This document shows, one piece after another, positions 11,039-23,950 of a stretch of 40,178 nucleotides of DNA. Under the pieces are notes generated by a model that did no database searches, was not told the origin of the DNA, and was given only the letters and a program-made list of their open reading frames with translations. Position 1 is the stretch's first letter; each line of letters starts with the position of its first letter. Source of the DNA: Cystobasidiomycetes sp. EMM_F5 (Eukaryota); contig JBPGPT010000062.1 of NCBI GenBank assembly GCA_051047955.1, positions 1 through 40,178 on the forward strand. The letters run 5' to 3'. Made by a program: the position numbers and the translations under genes.

Positions 11039-14000
11039 TCAAGATGCATACGGTATCTTGTTTTGCATGTACTGTGAAAGGACAGCGAGATATCGCATAA
11101 GTCAAAATGCAACGGACGTAACGCCTCATACGCGGCACTCTTGCGTACCTGGAAGCGGTCGTAAATTATGCTCATCGAATTCTCCGCGGCATTGTCGATA
11201 ACCCCCATCATATACCTGGCAGCTTCGCGTTGTGACAAGTCGGGACGGAACCTGTCGCGTAGGCGGTGCATCGTGCCCTCGCCCTTGAATGACGGCAGAT
11301 CTGTTGCCATCATCAATTGACAGGTAGCGACAATATCTTCAACATATGCTCGGCACGACAAGAAGGCCTTCACGGTGAGCTCGCAAAACTGTCGATAGCC
11401 TTGGCTGTCGCGTCCGCCCATCAGTGTTATCATTTCGTGCGTGAGCTTAAAGGAATTGGGCTCGAATTTGATACCCTGTACGAAGATGTACGAGACTCTG
11501 CGTCAGCGGTCCCCTGTGTCAAATTTATGTGCTAATAGTGGATACTTACTCCGGGACGTGCAGAGGCACAACGGGTGGCGAAGCGTTAGCAACTTATGGA
11601 AACCGCAGAGACAAACCATGACTCATCTATGTCAAAGAGGAAACCGAAATCTGCGAAAACAGCGTGAGGTCAGCCTCTCCTGATGTCACAGCCTGTGGCC
11701 GAACCGACGACAGCTGTTCAGTCGGCATTACTCACCGATGTGCGTTATTCTGCCTTCGCCGTCAATCATGATATTTCCGTTGTGGCGATCTTTGATCTGT
11801 AAGATATAGCATAGCACACTGTAGGCCGCCATACTCTGTATGAAATTCCTTCGTGCGCGTTGGAACTTGACCGAATCCGCGGGACCATACTGAAACAAGA
11901 AAAATGAGAGTAGATCGTTTATTTTCGCTCGCCCCATTTCATCGCGCGAAGTAGCGTTCGGTACGACGTCAATAATACCGGTCTGTGGATCGTTGTCAGC
12001 TAGGATCGAAGACTGTTGCTGTTTGTATTCGTAATGCTTACTCCCGGACCAGTCGCCAGCACTTTGTATGGTTGCACCTGTAAGTCAAGTCCTAGCACGT
12101 TGAACATATTCTTAAATTGCGCAATGACTTGAAGGGCGAGCACATCCTGTCGACAATCGTCTCCCACTTTAAAAATGGCTGCCAGTTTGGACCTTTGCAT
12201 CTCGTTGCCTTTGCGGGAAACCTCACCGCCCTGAAGAGACGGCAGCTCCTCACGCTCAGTGCCCGCATCTGCTGCTTGCTCCCCACCAGTTTCCTTTATG
12301 GCCTGTTCAGAGTAGTCGCTTGGTGCCTCTCGCTCAACGTAAAATGTAGCCATGAATGGTGTTTTTGCGTGCGACTGGAGTGGTCTACCAGAATGACGAT
12401 CGATATCGACCACCGTGCCTTCCGGGTGACTTGGTAGATATACCCCCTTTTCGACATTGATCTTCTGCATCTCCTCGTCTATTTTAGCCTTCTTCTCGGC
12501 CTTCTCCTTCTTGACCAAAGGCATTAGTTTCCTAGAGATGGACGTCACTTCGTTGAAGAAGCCAAACTCCTTTTCATAGAACACTTTGGCTTCTCCCGAC
12601 AAGGAGCTGACAATGAGATCTGTCATACGTTCAAAGGTCTCCTTCTCGGGATCAGCCTAGGACACAGTCGATCATTCGTCAGCAAGGACTCTTTGTCACG
12701 CACAAGCCCTGTCACGTACGATTGTTGCTAAATCATCCTTGAAGCAGTTCGCCTTCATATTCCAAATCATCTGATGGCAGAATAGCTGCGATATCTTGGA
12801 GGTTTCAAAGATGAACCTTTCCATGTAGTCTGTGCTACGCTTCAGCGTGTGATATTTCGTGAAGAAGAAGCCTGAGCGTACGAAGGGGGTCCGTGCGCAA
12901 CGCCTGCACTACTTGCGGCGTATAGAAGAAGACCAAGTCAACAGAGTGCTGCTCCAAGCTTCGCATTGCACACTGTAGTGCAAGTGGCTCTCGATTGTAT
13001 GATGGTAGGAATAGCTTGAGAATCTGAATCGGAGACTCCGGTGCCCAGTAAATCAGGTGCTGACGCCATGGAAAGTTGCCATTCAGTTCTGCTTTTCATG
13101 CTGTCGATAGCAAGTCGCTCACTTTGAGCCTGCTACCGGCAGCTGCTGAAGATGCGCAAGCTGATAAGAATATGTTCAAAGCCTCTGCTACTTTGTACGA
13201 TTGTGATGGATGGTCGAAAACGTATCGTTTGACTTCGTCAGCCACACTGCTCAATTTGAAGCGATCCGCCATGAATACGGCGAGCCTTGGACTCCAACCC
13301 CATGCCACCCCAACAAGTTCCGACCAAGTCGCCTGCAAGGAGTGTATCAGCCGACATAGTCGTGTTTGACTTTGCAAGGTAACACACAGACGACAAACTC
13401 CGCAACAGCTCAGCTGGTGCGTCAGGACCCTTCTTGCTGTCCTCCATGGGATTCATCCATATCGAAATACGCTGCAGTTCGTCCTCAAGGTGTGCCAGCA
13501 ATAATTGCTGCGACAGGCGCAACCTCCGTTTTGTCGGGTCTGTGAAGCTAGTTTAGATGATCTCCCTGTGTTTGACGCTGTCGCCCTTACCATTCTCAGA
13601 GCGTAGTTGTCGTCTGTGCAAGCTTACATCCAGAGTCGACTGCCGGTCGTCAGCCTTCACAGCTTGAATGAGAAGCTGGATGGACTTTGCATCTTCGCTC
13701 AACTGAACCCGATCGGAGCCGTATGACCACCTGCGCGAACCTTATCGTAAACCTCGATATCACTACAAGCCAGTCGTACAATTCACTTACATCGGCCGCT
13801 GTTCGAACCAATCAAATGCGGCAGCGTATAACCTTTTCTGCAGAGTCTTGAAAAGCGATGCCTCCAAATTAGTGTTGTGGAGTATTCCGAACCCGAAAGC
13901 AAGTAATTTCATGCGCAGCTCGCGGCAAAGGGGGTGTTTTCTAAGGGCCCATCAAGTCAGTATACACGCCTGCTAAAAACGCACGAAGGATGGCCTTACC

Positions 14001-17000
14001 CCCACATCTGGCATCGATGATAGGTCCGTAGAACCATCCTCATGCAGCCCAAAACAAGGTATTTTTTGCGATACCTAAAGGCCTGAAAGCGGCTTGTAAG
14101 GAACTCCAGCAGGTATCGTTGCGGAAGCAGAATGGATTGGACGGTACGCGAGGCTTTTGCAATCGCAGCGATGTCAGTCGGAGAATACTCCGTCTTGCTC
14201 TGGATCGGATCCTCGGCTCTGTGCGGACGGTGTCAGGACGTGGTAGCTGGCTTACGACGAACTGCCCACCTACTTCAGAAGTACAGAGAACAGGCCTCGC
14301 CGACGCCTGACCGTCCAGCCCCAGGCGAGATACAAGTCGCACATAAGCTTGTCTTCTACTTCGGCACGCTTGTCGACTAGCCATGCCCACACTTCCACGC
14401 CAAGATGCATAGCGGGCGGATTGATGGCATGGACTGGTAAAAACACAATTTCGCGCACTAGGTCATAGTTGATTTCCTTCTGAGCAATTATGACAGCAGC
14501 CGTCCTGTACAGCAGCGTTCGCATGTCGTCCAGAGAAAGACGAGTGGCCCGCGTACGGAGGCTCTTTGACACATTTCGTAAATTTGCTTTCAGAGACTTG
14601 ATATGCTGCGCATCAGCTGATATGTTGCCAGTGGCGGACATTTCAATGACTGTTGCTGCCTCAGAGCCAAAAGTGTGTCTTGTGCCGAAGGCGCTAGCGA
14701 AGAGACTTGCGGTATCGGCCTTCCATCCACCATAATTTGCGAAAGTAGCTACGGGGGCAAGCGAAAGAGGAGATAAATGACATGACTACGAATAGAGAAT
14801 CTTTCATCGCACCTTCCTTCGCGCTTCTGGGCATCGTTTTGGCTATTTCCAAAGCCACGCTCTTTCCCATACCCGAGCCAGCACTCAGTTCCATGGCCGG
14901 TTCATCATCGAGGTAGTTCTGCAGGAGGCCAGCCATTTCGAGCGGAGACGCGCTGAGAGCAGCTAATAGCCAGACTCTGCTGTTCTGATATACCTGCGTC
15001 AATATTTCATTGCGTATAGCGTAGTTGTCCGGCAGAGTCAAGGATATCCCGCAGCGTTTCGAAGTGAACTCGATACTGGGCGAATACTCATTGCCGCACT
15101 CATCCTCACACGCGTCACGTAACAGGGTAAGCAGCTCCAACAGACCGGTCACCAGCACCGCGTCACACAGCAGTACAGGAAAAGCAGTAAAGATGTCGTT
15201 TAGCACGCGGATTGCTATAGAACGAGCGTTTCCTGAGCGATGAGCGCATCCTACGATCACAGCTTTGATGCGTTGTGACAAATTCACATCTGCGCGCTGG
15301 TTTCGCACTCGATCACCGTGATTCACTAGGAATGCGGTGGTTGCTTTATCTGCGATTTCCCGCAAGGGTTCCGCCAGAGGCCCTGAGTTTACGCTATCGT
15401 TATCGAAGTAGCCAAGCATCTCGGATGGATCACCCGCTGCTGCTCGGAAGGCTTCGAGCCGGCCGATCGTGAGTAGCAGGACCACTTGCGGATAGGTCAA
15501 GATGCGCGACTGCAAAACCCCCTGCTTCGGTATAAAAGTAGCAAGGTCGCGACGAAGACCGTCCGCCGACTGCAGAAAGTTCGGTCAGAGATGCTCTGCA
15601 ATGTGAACTCGAAAGACAAGCTGAATAGGACCAACCTGCCCCGACTCGCGTCTTAGAACGGGATCATACTCCAGCTCGGACGATAGGTATTTATTGCTAG
15701 TTCCGCGCAATAGACAAGGTGTTTTTGTTGCTAGTCGCTCTAGATGTTTGTAGTGTCTTGCTGTCTCTCGCCGGTTTGGGGTTGCAAGGTCCAAGACGAT
15801 GGCAGTAAACCAAACGTTGCGGAGCAGCGACATGAGATCCGACTCCAAGTTATGCATGTAGTCTACAGCGTGGTGCGCAGTCATCAGTGCATCGATTGCG
15901 GATAAGGTATCTGCTAATTTAGAGAGTAGAAGAGTTTGGTCGATTGTCGATCGCGAGCTCTGTCTTCCATAGTATGAGCTTTGTTCAAGAAACAAAGCGC
16001 ATAAATGCCGTAACAGAATGAACGCGTATCCTTTGATATGGGCGACGCTTCGAGCCAAGTGCAGCATGGCGTCTGAGATCTGCAAAAGGTTGCACGCCCC
16101 ACTAAGTCAACAGAAGTAGTCCTTTATTGATTAAATACGTACGGAGTTGCCGAGCCGCTCGTCATTTGCCAGATTGCCGGTTTTGGTGACGTCGCACAAC
16201 ACCCTGACGATATCAATGTAGTCGTCTTGCGTTGCGAAAGTTGCCAAGTCCCCACAGCATGATAGCGCCGCGCTTTCGATGGCAGGATCTGTTGATGTAC
16301 GGATACGCTGCAATACCATAGAGAGGGCTAGCTTGATCACATCCGGGCTCTTGTTCTTCACGGCCAAACGCGTCACTGCAAACAGAGCTTGCAGTGTGAT
16401 CTGGGTCTTCTCCTCTAGCGTGAGTTTTGCTGACATGTTGTGAGTGCGCACAGACGCATACGAGTCGTCCGGCCCGTTACCCAATGCGACAGACCTCAGA
16501 CTGCCAGTGGTCGATTGCTCCCCTCTAGTAGAGGGAATGCAACTGAGAAGTGAGTACACAACAGAGAGAGTAACATCGTGTTGACCGATGCGGTCAAGGG
16601 CACTTGCCAATACATCGCTTGCAAGCTGTAGCGTCTGCGATGGTGCAACGCCCGTTGGACTCACCAGTTCTAGCGAAGGACTGGTGAGAAACCTCCGCAC
16701 TGCAGGAACAGCCATAGGCGCCAATGAAGGAAAAGCGTGGAGGAGCGCAGACCAACAGGTCAAAGTTGCGCGCGTCAATACGTTGTCTTGGGTAGGAGGA
16801 TCGGCGAGAAACTCTGACAGCAACGACGCAGGTGCAGCATTCGCGTTGTGCTCGCCTACACTGACAGCGATTAATGCCATCTGTGAATGAAAGGAAGATA
16901 AGTGTGCGTGTGCGTACGAGGCTGCTCTGAATGGTGCTGCTCACCATGCTATTGATGAGGATTTGCACTTCGTAAGGGTCAAGAGAAGATGTGCCGAGAT

Positions 17001-18367
17001 CCTGATCAGTCTCGGCTTCGATTTGTGATGATGCAAAGCGTATCGTGTTCGTGGACGCATCCTCGATGGATTGGCTGATCGCACGTGGCACGTTATGTGA
17101 CTTTATCGTATCGACATTGCCGCCAACAAGCGCAGTCCATCCTTCCTCTGCCGTGCTGATGCGACCGACAGCCAAAGACACAGCGATACTGCGAAGAATG
17201 CGGCCATCGACGAAAGTCGCCATTCTGGGCGTAAACGGCATGAACAGTGAATCATATCGTGCCAGAACTCCGAAGATGATTCTGCCATCGGAGGACGAGT
17301 GCGCACTTGAGCCGCGTAGCACGCTCTCAACATTGGCTGCCGCCGTCGACGATAGTGGTTCAAGGCGCTCTAGAACGGACGATGCCAAGGAGGCATGCCA
17401 GAGTGTTGCACAGTCCGCAAATGCGCGCCCAATGCCATTGATGGCAGGCAGAATATGTGTAATAATCCTGAATCCTGCAATCATCCAGATGTCAGTGACT
17501 GGATTGGTGAACAGATGAGATGGAATGGTCGATACCATCGCTGTGAGCCAGATCTTCCTTGAGCATGCTGTATGTATCCATCAGGATATCAAGAGCGGCC
17601 GGCTGCATTGTGTAATTTGCCAAACGTATGGCCGCGTTTGCCAGTGCGAACGCTAGCTGATCTGCGCAGAGCCATCGGTGTGTCGTGCCTGTGGAGTAGG
17701 GATTCGTGTTATCTCGCACGTCGTGTGTGTGCCATGTGATCACTCACCGTTGACTCCGAAAGACTTCAGGCATGTCAGCGTGGGAAGCCGGCGGAGAATG
17801 GCCAGGACGGCAGTCACGGCGCTTTCGTCGAGGACCGGGGCCGTAACACTCGACGATTGACTCTCATTGACGAGCTCATCAGAGCCATGAGCCTCGAAAG
17901 ACTCGGATGCAAAGCCATATTTCGAGCTCGGAACGGCGAGCGCTCCGACGTACTCTGCCAGAGCTACTGCCGCGTTGGTGCCCTGAAAGGCGTAGTCTGT
18001 GTCCGAGTAAACGGTATCCTGCGACAAGCCAAAGGCAGCCAGGATATCCCCGCCTTTGCCGTTTGTCGCAGAATGGCCATTTCTCGCTCGATTCAGCCCG
18101 TTCGAGCGAGAGTCAGTACGTATTCCATCGTCAGTACCATTCCGGATATCTTGCTCGTCGCCGTCGCCGTCCTCGTCGTCGTTCCAGCGAGTCTTCCCGT
18201 CGCGTTTCCGCTGCTGCTCTCTGGCAAAGGATACCCCCAGGCTCGACAATATGCTCTGGTGGAGGTTGAAGTCGAGACTGCGGGAAGCGAGCACGGCGGT
18301 TCATTAGCTGAACACCGTCCGGAAGAGTCCTACGAGTCGCTTTTGGAGACACGCCTTACCTGTCCAT
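11039..18367 (-). CDS. STT4: Phosphatidylinositol 4-kinase type III alpha; many exons
   Basis: Start MDS/LDFNLHQSIL (ATG 18367); long helical solenoid; FYTPQVVQALR, QLFCHQMIWNMKAN; kinase motifs GRPLQSHAKTPF, FKVGDDCRQD, QIKDRHNGNIMID..HI/DFGFL; C-terminus YDRFQ/YMQNKIPY. The exact last codons are uncertain. Confidence 0.95.
11558..11626 (-). other. Predicted non-canonical AT-AC spliceosomal intron (69 nt) in STT4, followed by 8-nt micro-exon 11550-11557
   Basis: Minus strand reads ...GAC ATA G|ATGAGT...GCTAAC...CTCTGCAC|GTCCCGGA|GTAAGT. Of the splices I tried, only this one restores the expected DFGFLFDIGPGGIKFEPNSFKL. Confidence 0.75.
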
Positions 18368-18566
18368 GTTGGTTTGGGTTGGCAGGACGTCAACAGGCAA
18401 AACGGCAATCAAGCAGTCAAATATCAAAAGACCGCGACTTGCAGTCGTTTATCCTTCTACAACTACTCGCACAACATCATACGCACTGCTAGGAGGCCCT
18501 CGTTTGTTATTTGCAGTCCGCTCCTGCCCAATCTCCACCAAACATGCTCGACGCCGTCGCCCGCTG

Positions 18567-20238
18567 TCAATTCTCTGACTCCCAAGGGCTCCTCACATAC
18601 TCGACGTCCGAGTCACTGTCATCGTCTCTGTGGCCAGATCGGTCTACCGCAGACCCAGTCCGCGCGTCTGACCCTGCCGTCCTAGCGGCAGAGGGGGTAC
18701 CGGCAGTCGCTGCTCTCGTCGCAGATGCTGCACCGGGACTACCATACGTCCCACTCGAGGGTGAGCCTGTCGTGCTCGGATTGTCCAGCAGCGATATCGT
18801 CTGACGAGGTAGCATCTGCACTTTGGCAGGTGAGCCGCTCATGCCTGATCCAACCCGTCGACCAGACGGCGAAGAGGCGTATAGTCCGGCTGAGGCTGCA
18901 ATACCTGGCGTCGGAGAAGTTGATAGGCTGTAAGGAGCTGCACTTGACGTGTGGCTTGTAGGCATCGGCTGGGCGGGCGTAGCGATTCCTGTCGGTAAAG
19001 GCTTGTTGTAGTCTGTATTTGTAGTACAGTCGCTAAGCTCGCGGCGCTGAGCTGTCTTTGCTGCCTAAATCAAAATTTACATACCTGTCTTGGCTGATGG
19101 AGACACGCTATAGTCGCGCATAGTGCTCTGGCTGGCAAAAGGACTCTCCGATCTCAGCTCGTCTCTTTGTGGATTTGGCTTGGCAAAGCGAGCTTTCAGA
19201 TCATTGATGTTGAAGTTTTGAATGTTGTTCTTGACGTCTTCCAGCTTGATCCCACCTTGCCAAGGTGCAGGAATGCTGATGCCGCCAATCGTCGCTTGCG
19301 TACGAGATTGGTTGGGCCTCTCTGCGTACGCACCTCCTTCCGCCCGCTCATTGTCGTGCTGCATTTGCGCCTGCTGAGCTCTCTGTTGCTGCACTTGGGC
19401 GTACTTGTCCTTGGCTTTGCCCAACCATTCGTTGAACGTCTTTTTGCCGGCTAGCGGAGGGTTTTTCAGCTGAAAGGTGCTCAGAGCACGACACAGTCAT
19501 GATCCTTACTGTCTGCTAGCTTGCCAAACTGTTCGCTGAGCTGATCGAGCTCATCTTGGCCTTTGTATCTCCCACTCTCGGTTGATGAATCTGTTTGCGC
19601 TGGCAGCTGAGCAGTCGTAGACGAACGTCCGTCGCGAGGTCGATAGTTGAGATTCTCTGGCTGCCACTGATGGTCACCTTGTGCAGCTGAGGGCGCGGTC
19701 CCCAGTGGCCGACCGTACGCTGCTTGATGCTCTCGCTCCATTTGCTCCATGAGTTCGCGAGCGTACGCCTCGTCCGCAGCCATCTGAGCATTCCTCGCAA
19801 CAGCCGCAGCGTCGCCGTTGTTGTGACGGGGACTTGCATTGTTTGCGGGGATTGCTGCGACCGTAGGTTCCGTCGACGACAGCTCGAGGAGGGCCATTGA
19901 CGCGGCGTCTGGGTTTCCACCGTGGGCCGCGAGGACTTCAGCGATGACTGAGGAGTGTTAGTAGTATTCAACGACGCCGTTTCAGCTTGAAAGCTGGTTA
20001 ATTCAGAACATCAAAGTCAGGACTTGCTCTGCCTGTCCATGCCAGGAAACGCGGCTTCGAGCGCTGCAACGGTATCGTGAGTCTGATTTGGAGGGCTGGA
20101 CGGTCTCGTATGTTGCTGTTGTGGTGCTGAAACGGCACTTTGCTGTTCAGATATCGCTGGAGCTGGCGTTGGCGCTGGCTCGACATGGCCAGCCAGCCTC
20201 GTCTCATCGTTGGCATCCGCAGCTTCAGACTCTGCCAT
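18567..20238 (-). CDS. CUE-domain ubiquitin-binding protein (Cue5/Don1-like); 4 exons
   Basis: Spliced VAALEAAFPGMDRQ/IIAEVLAAHGGNPDAASMALLELS forms a CUE domain (FP ... LL). It is followed by QMAADEAYARELM and a C-terminal acidic DDSDSDVEYVRSPW motif. Requires a GC-AG first intron (19948-20027). Confidence 0.8.
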
Positions 20239-20381
20239 TTTACTCGTCGTTTGTTGGTCGAGTTGGTCGGATTCCAAGCCTGTTTCGAACCAAAGAAACA
20301 GCTTTCAAGGCTTGCTTCCCGACCAATTGGACTGACTGACTTTTACTAACGAAAACTGACGCTTACTGATATTTATTAATC
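20239..20381. promoter_or_regulatory. Probable bidirectional promoter between the CUE gene and POL32 (143 bp between ATGs)
   Basis: Head-to-head start codons at 20238 (-) and 20382 (+), with an AT-rich stretch (atatttattaat). Confidence 0.5.
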
Positions 20382-21936
20382 ATGCCGGGAATCGCACTCT
20401 CTACCACGAAAAAGAACGTCCTCGCCCAGTCCATTATCGTCGACAAACAGGTCATCACGTACAGAATTGCTGCCCGGATGTTCAAGTGCACGGTCCAGGA
20501 AGCGAGACAGCAAGTAGACGAGTGCTGCGGCTGGGAATAGTGTACGCTGACGCGTCAAAGTCTTGTCCAGATACCTCGAAGCGTTTCATCGCCAGAGCGA
20601 AGGGAGAACGCACGCGACACACCTCGTCACTGGACACATACGTCGCCCAGAAGTCAATGGAGCTGTCAACGGAGATGCAGACATGGCGGACGCCGATGCG
20701 GAGAATGGCATGACCGACCCAGAGACGTCCTCTCCTCGGACCGCGCCGGCTACCTACATGCTGTCCCAATCCAAGCCTGTCCCGGAAGCGGCACCATCCA
20801 AATACGTTCATTGTGTCATGCTCGTGCCAGAGGATGAGATGAAAGGTGACAAGCTACTGCAACTGCCCGATAAATTCCAACTGAATGTCGTGTGTAGCGA
20901 AGCTGGGTAATTTTTCGCGCATAATGTCAAACGAGGTATACTCTCTCGAGCCCAACAAGCTACCGGTGAATTACCGTACACGCATCCGGCAAGCGGTACT
21001 TTCCCATTGACATGCTCAAATTGCAGGACCTCGTCCTCCTCACTAAAGCCAATATGCCCATCTATTCGGATGCTGCGTTGGCCGCTGTCGAGAGCAGTAT
21101 CCTGGGAAGGATAGTTAGCAGCAGAACTACTGTTCAGGTGTGCATCAAAGCGCCTTTGGCATGTCGCGCTGATCTCACATATTCATTCGTGAAGCCGAAA
21201 AAAGCTGCTCCGCTATTGGCATCTACATCCTCGACTACAACAGCTGCACCTACCAAAGCGCCTGCGAAGCGTAAAGCCCCCGAGCCCGAAGAAGCAAATC
21301 AAACTTCCGGCAGCAAAAGCAACAAGCCTCCTGTTCTTACCAAATCTGCAACATCGAATTCCACTACAGCAAATAAAGCAAAACCCTCTAATTCCAAAAT
21401 GCCTGTAGACGCCAAACAGCCCGATGGCGATGAGTTCGACGGGATGTTGGATGATGACGATGATTTAATGGCAGAACTAGCAGGTAAGGCACTTCACACT
21501 GTCCGCGTGAAACCCTGCCAACATTGCATACATAGCGGAAGCATCTACCAGCGTACAAAAGCAGACGTCAAAGAGTGAAGACACGGAGAAAGATGGCCAA
21601 CGGTCAACTACGAAGAGAGGGCAGCCGCGCAAGACCCGTCGGGTTGTGAAGAAGATTACTACAAAGAACGAAAAGGGTTTCCGCATAACGAAGGAGGTGG
21701 AGACGGACGAATCATACAGCGGAAGCTCCGGTGAAGAGGAAGGAATCGATCCTGTAGTAGCTGGCTCTGGCGTGATCGCTAAACTAGGCAGCACGTCATC
21801 ATTGCCCGAGAGCAGTAAAGCAAGCAAATCCACCAAAATCGCTGCCAGTGCTCCTTCCAAACCGAAAAAGACGGCAAAGCCGGGAGAACAGACCAGTCTG
21901 GGCAATTTCTTCAGTAAGCCAAAGCCGAAAAAGTGA
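20382..21936 (+). CDS. POL32: DNA polymerase delta subunit 3 (Pol32/Cdc27); about 6 exons
   Basis: The N-terminus VLAQSIIVDKQVITYRIAARMFKCTVQEARQ/YLEAF matches the Cdc27 winged-helix start. It also has RVVKKITTKNEKGFRITKEVETDESYS and a C-terminal PCNA-interacting PIP box QTSLGNFF. The first intron is GC-AG (20510-20570). Confidence 0.88.
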
Positions 21937-22036
21937 TTATCGCACAAAAGCCGGACATACTAGAATCAGGACGCCTTATTGGATCCGCGGCCGTGCGTGG
22001 TCTGCGGTACGCGGAATCACTGTGATTTGAGGATGA

Positions 22037-23950
22037 TTATAGAGGTTGCCAGGCGTATTCGGTATTGCGATTTCGCCTTCGTGCAGGCGTCTCATGCGTG
22101 TGACGGTCGATGATGCGAGTTGGTACTACAGGCTCTGACTCAAATTTGCTGAGGAATGCATTTATTGAGCCGGTCAATATCCGTAGTTCGGTTTCAAATT
22201 CTGGCCGATTAGACACGGTGGTTTGACGAGCTAGAAACGAGTATAATCGGTGTACAGTCTGCGTTGCTTCCAAGCCCGCTTTCGCTTCGCTGTCTTGATC
22301 GCTCGTATGTGTACTATTCGATGCGACAATTATCGAGGCCTTTGCAGTCTGTATGCGGCTGGACCGTGTTCGCGCATTGAGTGGGTTGCCTGCTACGTTA
22401 ATCATTATAGCCATCTGCGATCCAGACGTAGAACACTGGAGTGCGTCCTCGACACTGCTCTTGGGAGCTCCTTGGTAGAGGAAGCTTCTGCCGTCAAACC
22501 AGGACGATAGTCCATCCACACTCGTCAAGCGGTTCTTGCCTAATTCCAGCTTCTCAAGGCAAGGAAACCGCGTCTCTGAACATGGAATAGAAGCTACAAT
22601 GGCTTCAATCTGGTTCTCTGAGACATCCAGAGTCTTCAAATACTGCAATGAAGCGAACATTGTTAGGGGCAAATCGCCCGTGATCCGGTTATGTGCAGCA
22701 TTCAGATGAAGCAGGGAATTAGGAAGCAGGGTTGTTGACGTGAACGCTCCAGTTTGCAGTTCATTGTGGCTGAGGTCGAGGGTCAACAGCCGCGGTAGCA
22801 GCTCTGCCGTCGATGGTGCAGTCGTATCTGTGTAAGCATGCAAGCGTCAAGTTAGCATCCGACCTAGCCATCTTTCCTAGCACGCACCCTCAGTCTCGAA
22901 CGAGGCGAAACTAGCATCGCTACGAAATGACGTGTCTTCATTCTGATCCGATACACCGGCGACGGGGAGCGATCTGTGTCTTTTGCGGCTGCTGAGAAAG
23001 CAGAGACTGACTAGGTTAGACCACGACGTCGGCCATAGACTGTGTAGATGGTTATTGGCGAGATTCAGAATTTGGAGATTTACGAGACCACAAATCTCGA
23101 CGGGAAACTCTGACAACCGATTACGAGACAAGTTGAGCGTTGTGAGAGAAGCAGCGCGGCACATACTGGCCGGTAGGGGTGATGAGATATGATTATTGTG
23201 CAGGTCTAGTATCTCCAGGCAGGGAAATCCAGCTATGGCCTCGTCGATGACGGTCAAGCTGCCATTGCTTGCAGTTAGCGCCTTCAGCTCGGCCACTTCC
23301 CACCATTTTTGTTTAGCATCATCCTCTGATGAATCCATTGCAAGGTCTAAGCTCGTGTTGGCAGACTGACAGGCGGGTCTTCGAGAAACATAGGGGGAGC
23401 CTCGAGGCAGCAAGTTTTGGAAGATTTCGGCAGGCAGGGCGTTGTTTGAAGTATGTGTGTCGAGGACATGTAGACGTCCTGATAGGATAAACACTTCAAC
23501 AAACAGGTCCTGCGTTCCTTTATTCGCAACGCAACGCACCGGTCAGTTTGGCTTGAGCGATGGCTTCTTCCAGCGTCGGGAGGCCAGACTCATCACGCGT
23601 CTTGGCTGCTGGAGTACGCTTGGTAGCGTTACTCTCGCCGTGAGCGTCAGCGTCTCCGATACTTTCATCAGCCTTCAACTTTGTTGACGCCGCGGCGCGT
23701 CGAAGGGCTGCGATTCTTTCGCGGACTGCACGTAGAATGTCAGCCCAAATGTAGTGTCAGAGTCAGCAGAAGCACGCTCGTCAGCTCGAAGCTTTCCCAT
23801 CAGGAATGGCGGCCTTTGAGCACCTTGCGGGCTGGCGGCCAACGTCGACGAGCCAGATGGTCCAGGACTGGCTCTGCCGCCAGTAGCAGAGTCTGAGCGC
23901 TGGGCCAGCTTGGGCTTGACTGGCGTGCGACTGCCAGACCGCACGTCCAT
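22037..23950 (-). CDS. Leucine-rich repeat protein, LRRC40-like; about 4 exons
   Basis: Multiple LxxLxLxxN repeats (LEILDLHNN, LTTLNLSRN, LQILNLANN, LLTLDLSHN, LKTLDVSEN, LEKLELGKN). The segment AKLTGRL...KWWEVAELKAL resembles the LRRC40 N-terminal region (recognised from memory). Confidence 0.75.

Noticed and set aside
11558..11626. U12-type (minor spliceosome) classification of the AT-AC intron
   Set aside because: The 5' end is ATGAGT, not ATATCCTT, and the branch site is GCTAAC rather than TCCTTAAC, so the signals are U2-like.
17857..18492. Long plus-strand ORFs antisense to STT4 (and similar ones opposite Lon, the SR gene and SGO1)
   Set aside because: These are shadow ORFs from GC-rich codon bias, with no motifs, and they overlap well-supported genes.
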